From Octopus sinensis (Eukaryota), in assembly GCF_006345805.1 (NCBI RefSeq), contig NC_043011.1:26114464-26178463 (forward strand): a stretch of 64,000 nucleotides of DNA, given 5' to 3'. Of the stretch, positions 1-11,222 are shown piece after piece (positions within the stretch are counted from its first letter, which is position 1; each line of letters opens with the position of its first letter). The translations under genes were made by a program, and so were the position numbers. The notes beneath the pieces were generated by a model. The model was not told the DNA's origin. It saw nothing but the letters and a program-made list of their open reading frames with translations, and did no database searches.

Positions 1-545
1 GTCTGTTGGATCTTGAAGATAATGATCCCAATCATGAACATGACGTAAAAATTAATAGAGGAGTTTACAATGAGCTCAGTTTTTTATATTGAGCTGTACA
101 AAGAGACAATGTGTCATAAACAAGAAATATTTTTGGATAAGTTCTTCACCCCTCAAGCTGATGTTCATGATAATGAACAATAAAAAAAATATTGTCCCTC
201 GTGCTTCTAGTAATGCCCATTCCACCACCACCTCTCACACAGCAGCCAACATCTTTTGTGATAAGAACGTACTCTAATGATATTACAATACTTATTAATT
301 CCCTAACTTATCCCTCTTGAAATGATTTTTATGTTTTTACATATCTATATTGTGCCATGTCTGTTTAAAAATAGTCATTTTCATATATAAAGCTGATCAT
401 GTTACTTGTTCTCTATTGTTTTCTAATACTTTTTTTTCCTCAAAAAAGTTTGTAGAAATGCAATCTCAATAATATGAAAATCAATTGGAAAATTAATTTC
501 GCATTATGAAATTTCGTGTTACAGCCAGATTTTCAGGAAGCGAAG
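1..545 (+). mobile_element. Decayed pogo/Tigger-like DNA transposon, 3' remnant
   Basis: Acidic frameshifted reading (VYNEL...ELYKETMCHKQEIFLDKFF) resembles pogo transposase C-termini, followed by a TTCGCATTATGAAATTTCGTGTTACAG subterminal-like motif; no intact TIR. Confidence 0.35.
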
Positions 546-819
546 GATTCCCATAAAAGATAGAGATATAACTAGACTGAAGAGGCAGGTTAGACTCTTT
601 TCAGGGCCTCAAAGGTTGTTTGAAAGAAGTTAGGAAAGAAGTGAGGAACCAGAGCCAGAAAACCTGGCCTGAATGCTTGCAAAAGGAGGCAAGGACTCTG
701 GTAAAAATACCAAAAAAGCCAGATGATGATGATGTTAAACCAGATAAACATATCATGCCTACCACTCTTGGCTAACATCTAATAAAATTTGAAGGCTTAC
801 CACAATAAATTTCACTAAC

Positions 820-931
820 CTTTATATCAAGAGGCTTGGTGGTTACAGGGCAGCTGAAGATGTTTTGCTGCCGAATGCCTGAAGAAGCAACTCTCCATTG
901 TCCAAGACGTTCAAATTTTGGTAAAGGAAGC
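820..931 (-). CDS. VWA8: VWA8 exon 27
   Basis: [37 protein letters not shown] (human LTLPEQTFMGYWTIGQ...CPVETHHIDIK); TTGCAG/GTTAGT; 112 nt. Confidence 0.88.
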
Positions 932-3900
932 CTGCAAAATAAGGAGAGCAGAAGAATTTTCCAAAACAGCCACAGAAATCATATGAAGGCAGACACTGAC
1001 ACCAAAGCATGATACAATCCATGACACCACTTGATCCTGTCAAACTATTCAACCCATGCCAGCATGGAACATAAACTTTCAATGATTATGACGATGATGA
1101 TAATGTAAAGTGGTTGGCATTTAGAAGGGCATCTAGCTGTAAAAATTATGCCAAAACTAACCTCGTATGTACTAGTGTCACGTAAAAGGCACTGAATTCA
1201 GTCTGTAGAGTGGCTGGTGTTAGAAAGGGTATCCAGCTGTAAAAACCCTGCCAAAATAGATACAGTAGCCTAGAGTCATTTTTCTACAAGTCCAGCTCCT
1301 GTCAACTGTCCTATGCATCTATGCATGGAAGATGGACATTAAATGATGATGATGATGATATAGTTTGATAAGAGCCAACACACAAAGCTCTTAGCGCTTG
1401 AGTCACTCTGCCGCTTCTGCTAAATATTAATAAAAATATACAAATACTCATATTTTGAGTTCTGTTTTTCCTGTTTGCATCACCATACCTATATATATGT
1501 ATGTGTTTGTGTGTATGTACCCAAGTACATACGTGTATGTATACCCTTTTCTTGATCTCATGTAATGGTTGTAAATGAGCATCACTTTTTTAAATATGTA
1601 TTTTTGTTTGTTGTAATACTTAAGTTAAATAAATTATAGTACATATCATTTTAGTTTTCCCAGAACTTATACTCAGTAAGCCGAAGTCTGAGCAATGTTT
1701 GCTTCACTTATAGACTGAAATACTAGAGATCATACATCAGAAGTTTATATGCACAAACCTGTACAATTCTTTACTGCTCCAGAAGCTGAACAGGAGGCAG
1801 TAAGAATTGATTACATCAACATCGAAGAAAAGGATGTAATGCTAGCAATAGATGATATCGATGCAAACTCAGCTGCTGGCCCTGATGGATTCCCAGCAAT
1901 CCTCCTCAAGTCATGCAAATACGTCCTTGCAAAACCATTGCAGCTACTTTTTCAGGGCTTCCTCACAAATGGTAGGCTCCCGGATAAACTAAAGGAGGGA
2001 ATAATATGCCCTATCCATAAAGGAGGAAGCAGAGCAGATGCTAAAAACTATTGGCCTATGTCTCTGACCTCACACATCAGGAAAGTCATGGAATGAATAG
2101 TCCAAAGGAAATTAATTGCATTCCTTGAAGAGAATGACTTACTCACTGACACCCACCATGGTTTTCAATCAGGTAGAAGCTGCCTGACACAGCTCTTACA
2201 CCATTATGTCTGGGTGCTAAAGCAGCTGCTCAACAACTCAAATGTAGACGTGATATATCTCAACTTTGCAAAAGCCTTTGAGAAAGTCAACCATGGTATG
2301 ATTTGTCACAAGCTTCAAAATCTTGGCATATTTGGAAAACTTGGAGAATGGCTACATGACTTTCTAAAAGATAGAAGTTGGGCGGTCAATGGGGCCACCT
2401 CCAAGAAAATAATGAGTGGTGTTCCACAAGGTACTGTCCTGGGGCTACTGCTATTTATAGTGGCCCTCTCTGACATGTCCTTAGCTGCTCAAGTACCTAC
2501 TCTTGCTAGATATGCAGATGATACAAAATTCTCTCAGAGGATACAGGACCCTGGAGACATTGTGCATCTGCAACAAGAATTGGACTCAATATACAAATGG
2601 GCTGAGGAAAATAACATGCAGTTTAATCCTGGAAAATTCCAAGCCCTGTGCTACCAACACAGGAAGCTCAATGAAAATCAGATAGGATACACTGGCCTAG
2701 GAGGGATTCCAATTGCTGAAACAAAATCAGTGTGTGACTTGGGCATTGACATGAGTAATGATGCATCTTTACAGGTGCACATAACTAAGTTGGCAATAAA
2801 ATGCAGATGTTTGGATGGATGGATCCTTCAAACTTTCAAAACAAGAGAAAAGGAAACCATGACGGTCCTCTGAAGGACTTTTGTTTTCAGCTGTCTGGAT
2901 TACTGCTCCTGACTGTGGTCACCAAACAGTGTAAAATTAATGATAGAACTCAAGGCAATCCAGTGAAGCTACACAAGGAAGATCAATACAATGTGACATA
3001 TCAGCTACTGGGAGAAACTGAAAGGGTTGAGATTCTACTCCCTGGAGTGAAGGTGGGAAAGATATGCAATAATATACATCTGGAAAAGCCTAGAAAAACT
3101 TGTTCCAAACTTTGACTTTGTCACTTACACAAACAGCAGGATGGGGCACTGCTGCATGGTAATAAAGATCCCAACATTGCCATCAGGATACAGGACCAGA
3201 TACTGCAACAACTTGGGCTTTGAAGGCCCACAGCTCTTCAATATCCTCTCACAAAGCCTGAGAGACCTGGAGACCTGCAGGGCATGAATGTAGGATTTTT
3301 TCAAAAAAACTATATCTCCTTCTGTCGAGAGTTCCAGATGAACCTACATCTAGGCAAGAAACACAGATGAGGGCAGCATAGTTAAACTTCCTCAACCGCC
3401 AAATGTCACCTATCAGAGGAGGTTTAGTGAAAGTGTAACAAAGTAAACAGTGGTGCCCCAGCATGGCCTCAGTCCTTGGACAAAAACAAATATATATATA
3501 TATAGATAGATAATAGATATATATATAATATATATAATAGATATATACATTACATATATATATATATTGCTCTTTTACTCTTTTACTTGTTTCAGTCATT
3601 TGACTGTGGCCACGCTGGAGCACCGCCTTTAGTCAAGCAAATTGACCCCAGGACTTATTCTTTGTAAGCCTATCGGTCTCTTTGCCGAACTGCCAAGTTA
3701 CGGGGACGTAAACACACCAGCATCGGTTGTCAAGCACAGACACACAAACATATACACACACTTACATATATATATATACATATATACAACGGGCTCTTTC
3801 AGTTTCCATCTACCAAATCCACTCACAAGGCTTTGGTTGGCCTGAAGCTATAGTAGAAGACACTTGCCCGAGATGCCACGCAGTGCGATTGAACCAAGAA

Positions 3901-3943
3901 CTATGTGGTTGGGAAGCAAGCTACTTACCACACAGCCACTCCT

Positions 3944-3999
<56 letters not shown>

Positions 4000-6900
4000 G
4001 ATGCCTAAGATATTTGAGGACAGATTGATGTTTACAAAAGAACAGATTTATAATGACAGATAATAACTTGATTTATAAAAAAAATGCTATGAGGATAAAA
4101 ATAAACATTCTTTTCTATAATGTTATTCAATAAAAACCACCTTCAGCTTCAATAATTGCTTCTATATGAGATCTAAATCATCTACATGCTCGAATCAAGT
4201 GGTCTTGGTTCATTTTGGACATTACTCTGACTATGGCAACTTTCAAAGAATCTTTGGTGTTATGGGCATGTACATTGACCTCTCTCTCAACAATGCTCTA
4301 CATATAATAGTCCAATGGATTGAGATCTGGGGAATTAGGAGGCCAAATGTTAGGGGTTATGTGATCATGAAAATTTTCAGCCATCCATTCCTGTATTACT
4401 AGAGCCATGTGTGATAGTGCAGAGCCTTACTGAAACACATATGGCCTTCCATTGCATACACTGTCTATCTAGGGCTTAACAATTATTTCCAAGACCTCAA
4501 TGTAGGTGGTAGAGTTAACTCTAAGGCCGTGTGGAAAGCAGTAAGGAGGCATCACATGTCCTTCATTGTTGACACCCCCTAAAACCATGACAGTTGCAAG
4601 AAATTTTGTATGCATAACACTTGGAACTTCAGAAGGGTCTGCACATAACCATCTGCCACTTCTTCTTTTTGATCTTGGTCAAAGTTTTCCTCATTTGAGA
4701 AAAACCAAATCAAATCTTCTGCTGGATTTTTCAGTTTGTTTAAGAGCCTTTTAGATCTGATGTAGTGATTTTCTTTTGCTTTTTCTAACATAAATTGTCT
4801 TTTCCTCATCATATAAGATTTATATCTGATGTCTTCATGGACAACATTTCTGACTGTTGCTTCTGACACATAGAGATCTTTTGCAATTGACCTCATGGAC
4901 TTTCTGGGATTGAAATCAATGGTTTGTTGAACTTGCTGGATAAATTCAGGTGCTCTGATGATTTCAGAGCATTTAGAATATTTTTTATGCTTTGATACTG
5001 GAAAACGATGAATTGCGAACATTATTCTCCTGCCTATATTCTTCGAACTACCTTTACTTTTTATTCTTCTATTTTATTCCTTGTAAACTGTAAATTTTCC
5101 CTGTCTAAATATTCATACCTTGTCTCTGATGACAGAATACCCAGTGCATGGACATACTAACCAATCACTTGGGTTATCCCAGAAATGGCTGGAAGACTTC
5201 AATTCACACATAATGGCTAGCTCATTTATTCAGCCGTTTGGGAGTATAAGTTACTACTGTAATCAACGGTAACACTTTGCAAATTAAGACTTACACAAAA
5301 TTTTCGAAAAGTTTTGATTATTCTCGACACAATCAAGGACATCTTGTGCAACTGAAACCTTAGTGTCTCTTTGGTCAGCTGAAAGCAGTTTGGGCACAAA
5401 CTTGGCAGATATGCATCTCATACCCAAATCTTTAGTGAAGATGGACTGAACTGAACTGTAACTAATCTCCACATTCTTTGATAACTCACAGATGGTGATT
5501 CAATGATTTCCCCTCACAGCTGCATGCACATCCGCGATGTTTTTCTCAGCTCTGCTGGTTGCAGGTATCCCAGGATGTTCGTCAATATCGACAGTTTTTC
5601 GGCCATCTTGAAAATGTCTGAACCACTCACACACTAGTGTGCAACTCATGCACTCCTCTCCATACACTTTCTGCACTTTGCGTAGGCTTCTGAGCAGATA
5701 TCACCACGACAACTTTCTCTGTCATGGTCAATGCAACGCTCACACGCTACACACCTTCCTTCCAAGCACTGTTGTAAACAGCAGAAGTGGGCTAGAACGT
5801 TAAAACTCAGTGTGCATGCACATCAGAGTTCAAGGTCAATCTTTGCCAAGCAGCTTAACTCTGCATGCTTTAGCTTTGTTACTATAGCAACAGTCTGGAT
5901 ACTTATTGATCAGACCTCATACAGAAGAATGTCAGTCTAGCAGTAGAGTACCTATATAATATTTGAAACTTAGCCTATTAGTTTCATATTGTACATGAAA
6001 TAGAATGTTATACCAATGTGAACAGGTCTACATACAGAATAATATAAACCATGTGTTAGCCTCTACATATACAACATGAACCCAGTAACTGACTATTGAT
6101 ATATTAAAGGATGCCAGACAAGAACATCAAAGCAACAACATACAAGAACATCAGATCAACAACAGACAAGAATATCAGAGCAACAAAAAAACAATGGCAT
6201 TAGGCTTAATAGTAGATTATCAATATAATAAGCAAGTAATACCAATTTTAAATTAACACTAAACAGTCACCAGTAGCAGTTACCAATGTATAGGGTTTAG
6301 GCCTACATTGGATTGTTATATAATTCTGAAACCACCACAAAATCCAATCCTCATTATGAGATGATGACTTGTGTGTCTCAATGACCCTAGGAGCTATAAC
6401 AGTGGAATACAAGTTCCTGTTAGGAGCCTCTCTATGTTGGACAGATCAAAGGATAGAGGCCTGACCAATATGGATCACCTCTTCCCCCTGAGGCAAAAAT
6501 GGGTTTGTGTAGGACCGATATCCTTCCCTAGCAAATAGGCAAAGTTACAGATGCATCTATGACAATTCAAAACCAACAAGACCTGGGAGAGGAAGGCCTT
6601 CCTTCAGTGAAACATATGGGGTATTGAAGAAGAGCTGGAAAAGCTGGGATCTAACTGGAAAAGAGGTAAAAAGACAGCTCAGAGTCAAGAACGATGGAGT
6701 AAAGTCATCAATGGCTTATGCTTCATAGGGAGTGAAGGGCCTAAGTATAATTCTGAAAGGACCACTTTCAAAATATTTAATAAAATGCACACTGGTGGTA
6801 CGTAAAAAGCACTATCCAACTCGTGGCCGATGCCAGCGCTGCCTCCACTGGCTTCCGTGCCGGTGGCACGTAAAATACACCAATCTGACCGTACGACAGG

Positions 6901-7318
6901 CACCCATGCCAACCCCCTTGCTTGCGAAGACATGTTGGGGCAAGCGAAAACGAAATCGAAATCGAATTGAACCAGCCAGGATCCCTGGTCTGGTGGTACG
7001 TAAAAAGCACTATCCGACTTGTGGCGTAAAAAGCACTATCCGACTCGTAGCCGATGCCAGCTCCGCCTCGTCTGGCTTCCGTGCCGGTGGCACATAAAAT
7101 ACACCAATCCGACCGTGGCCGTTGCCAGCCTCGCCTGGCACCTGTGCAGGTGGCACGTAAAAAGCACCCACTACACTCACGGAGTGGTTGGCGTTAGGAA
7201 GGGCATCCAGCTGTAGAAACACTGCCAGATAAGACTGGAGCCTGGTGCAGCCTTCTGGCTTCCCAGATCCCCGGTCGAACCGTCCAACCCATGCTAGCAT
7301 GGAGAATGGACGTTAAAC

Positions 7319-7357
<39 letters not shown>

Positions 7358-10300
7358 AATGTAAAGTGTTTATGACTATATTAAATTTTAACATACTGAT
7401 GAGGCATGAGGGCCACAGCACAACAGTTGCTGCAGACAAAAACTGAATAATATTTTCAGAAGGAAAGTATCAAATTGTTATATATTTCACATTAGAATAT
7501 TTTTAAAAAGGCCACAGTGGATTAATGCTTTGTTATAATAGATTGCAATGGTAAGGTGTTGACTGAGCAAAGCTAAGATCGAAAGCATTCCACCCATGAC
7601 TATCTTGTCTTTTTAGAAATATCTAAAAATATATTATCCAGTATATTTTTATTTAAGGAGTTCAAATCCCACTGAGGTTAACTATTTTTTTTTTGCCTTT
7701 CATCTTTTTGAAGCCATCAAATTAAAGTACCAGTTTAAAATAATGGTCTGGCAGAAACACTAGAAAATCTGATGCAATAACTTAATGCCTTTGTTCCAGC
7801 TCTTCACATTCTGAGTTCAAATCCTGCCAAGGCCAACACCACCATTTGGTCCTTGGGTGCTTTTAGTGGAGTTCACTCTGAGCCAGGTCTCTAGTTAGAG
7901 GATATCTTCCTCATTCCCCCTCTCCTCCCACTAGTCTCAGAGACCTTGTAAAGTTTCATGAGCACTGCTTCCCTGACTAAAAGATGAAAATTTTATAAAA
8001 AGGGAACTTTGGTCTGCTATTTGTAGCATTCCATGTGGAGGAAATAAAGATGGTATTTCAACAGCAGATTGTTTATTATATTTGGAGGAAGAGTACTATA
8101 TTATAACTGAATCAAGGAAGACGTAAGACAGGAGATAGAAAATATATTGGTTTATTTACTAAAATAATTACAAAGATGTGGCTTGGAACAGTTGTACTTG
8201 GAACCTACAACCTTGATATCTAGCATTTACATGGTTGCTTAACCTGCTAAAAATAGCAGTCAAATTCCTCTCTCAAATCACACACATACCCTACTTTAAC
8301 AAAGAAAGGACACATAGGACAAGATGGTCTTAGATATACAAAATGGTAGGATGGCCATGATTGGAATATCTTTGATCAAAGGTTTACTCAATATGGAGTG
8401 ACTTTGGAGTAAAAAGTATCAAATAGCATAGATAATTATTAGGGCTGATAAAAAATAATTATTCTATTCATTTAATATCAAAGAAATACATTTTTTAACC
8501 TAGCAAAGGGACAAGGCCAGAAAGCTGGAGGAAGGAGTTAGTCGATTAAATCAACCCCAGTACTTTGCAAAGTTAACATCAGTGGCATTTGAACTTGAAA
8601 TATAAAGGACTAACTAAATATCACTAAGTATTCTGCCCAACACTATACATAGATATCATCATTTAATGCTCACTTGCATGAATTAGACAGAATTTGTTGA
8701 AGCAAATTTTCTATGGTTGGATGACTTTCCTGTCACCAACCTACACCTGTTTCCAAACAAGGTAATATATTTTCCCATAGCCAGATATACTTTCATGGAA
8801 GATTGGAAACGAATGAAACTGCTTGTATGATGATGATACTCATTTCCAACAATCACACAATATCAAGATAAGAGGTACACACACACATATACATAAAATT
8901 TCTGCTCGCAAGGTTTTAGCCCACCTGAGGCTGTAGTAGAAGGTTCAAGATAACCACACAAGTATATAAAAAGAAAAATTGTAATAAGACATTGCAACAA
9001 AGTATAGATAGACAACATCACCAGTGGATTGGCTAAAATCATTACACCACACATTTTTGGAAAGTAGCGGTCAAGTAAGTCAACTCCAGTGTACAACAGC
9101 TACTTTATTTGGGTAAAGGTTTAATCAATTAAATCAACACCAATGCTTAATTGGTATTTTATTTTATCAAAACTGAAAGAATTAAAGGCAAAGCTGACCT
9201 CAGTAGAATTGGAACTCAGAACATAAATGGTTGAAAGAAATGCTGCTAAGCATACTGTCTGATTTACTAACACTTCTGCTAATTCATCACCTTAATAATT
9301 GTTGTAAAGCAGTCTTTTTCCACTGTTGTATCTGTCTTTTGACAACGGTTGTCACTTTGACAGATAGTGTTATATTCTGAAGTCATCGATAGAATGTTTA
9401 TATCTGACACTGTACGACCCCCAGTTGTACAGTGTTATTATCCTCAAGAGGCTTAGATCGATATAACATCCACTCAGTATCACAGTATAATTACTAGATC
9501 GGCACAGACACAACTATCAACACAGTCTACACGTACTCTCGACCTTCTCTGACCTTCCACCTTCAACCAGCTAATGGTCTATTTATAATGGCTGGCTACT
9601 ACCACTTTTTACCAGGAGGGATGTAGAGTTTCATTATACAACAATTCTTTCTACTTTAGGCGCAAGGCCTGAAATTTTGGAGGAGTTATTCAATTACATC
9701 AACCCGAATGCTCACATGGCACTTATTTTATTGACCATGGAAGGGATGAAAGGTAAAGTCAGCCTCAGTGGAGTATGAACTTAGAACATAAAGCTGGAAG
9801 AAATGCTACTAAGCAATTTGTCCAGTGTGCTAAAAATTCTGCCAGCTTGCCACCTTAATAATAATTAATAATAATTTCCTAATTTAGGCAGAGGGCCAGA
9901 AATTTTAGCAAGGAGAATAGTACTTGAAAGATATTTATTTGATTGACCCCAGGCAAAATGAAAAGTAATGTCAATCTTGACAAGGTTTGAAATCAAGATG
10001 CAAAGATACAAAACATTAAATACTATAAAACACTCTGTTTGCCACACCACTGATTCTACCATCCAGGAATAGAAACACACTAATATGATTTCAAATGGCA
10101 GTGAAAAGTCACAAATTTCCAAGAAAGTAACATGATTTTCTATGAGTGTGTGTTTGTCAGCGTATGTGTATACATGTGTGTAAAGAATTTCATTAAGCCG
10201 ACAGTGGTTCTAAAAGCTATGTAGAAGTTGATTTATTTTAGTAGTATACATTTCTGTTAGTAAACATGTTTTGTCTTACACACACGGACTTGCTTTGCTT

Positions 10301-11042
10301 AGTGTGGGAAATTACGAATTTATATTACAAATTTTTTTTTGTTTTTGCTTAAATACCAGCAATGGACAACTGCATCATCAGTCCATAAAATATATTTATG
10401 GGGAGAAAAATATTTAAAAACATCAATACATGTGACAAAGAAATGAGGAGGAAACCAGGTGGTCGTGGGATGTACTAGAAACAACAGCTAAATCTCCCTT
10501 AAATAACACACCTTTTCATCTGAAAATTATTTTGAAATTATAAGAAGAAACAAATTGCAGATTCAGACTATCTGTATCTTAAAGCTATGATTATAAAATT
10601 TTCGAAAAAAAGCTGAAATTTTAGGATTTAGCAAGGAGGGGTGAGGTTAATGAAAATATCTTTAAAATGTCACTCTTGTTTTTAATTTACATTTCATTTT
10701 CTGCTTGAACATAAAGAAATTGAGAATTGTAACGATGATTGCCAATTTCCCCAATTTTTTTTCCGAACCTTAAAGGCTTCTCCCATCATTATTAAGTGCA
10801 TAGCGCAAAAAAAGATTGGCCAAAATCAGTATCAAGTGGGGAAGAGAGGTTTGCAAAATTTCAAAAAAAAAATTGGACATAATTGATCTGGAAGTGGGGG
10901 ATAGAAATCATGGGTATGTTTTGGTGTCATCACTAATATCATCAAAAAGAAAAGCATTTTCATCATTTTTATTATTGTCATTATCAGCTTCATCATCATT
11001 ACAGCTAGTGGAGTAGAATATAGTGCTGCTATATACACAAAA

Positions 11043-11091
<49 letters not shown>

Positions 11092-11144
11092 CACACAATA
11101 CATATATATATACATATATATATATATATACATACACACAATAC

Positions 11145-11175
<31 letters not shown>

Positions 11176-11185
11176 CATATACACA

Positions 11186-11222
<37 letters not shown>

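Noticed and set aside
7390-7440. Hammerhead ribozyme core CTGATGA (also 10370-10385 minus, 54832, and 52880-52905 minus CTGAAGA)
   Set aside because: None has the required GAAA after stem II with pairable stems I and III.
8863-9096. ORF with [10 protein letters not shown] and ANPL resembling a later VWA8 segment
   Set aside because: The motifs are in the wrong order, and it lies before exon 27 in transcript order, so it is not colinear.
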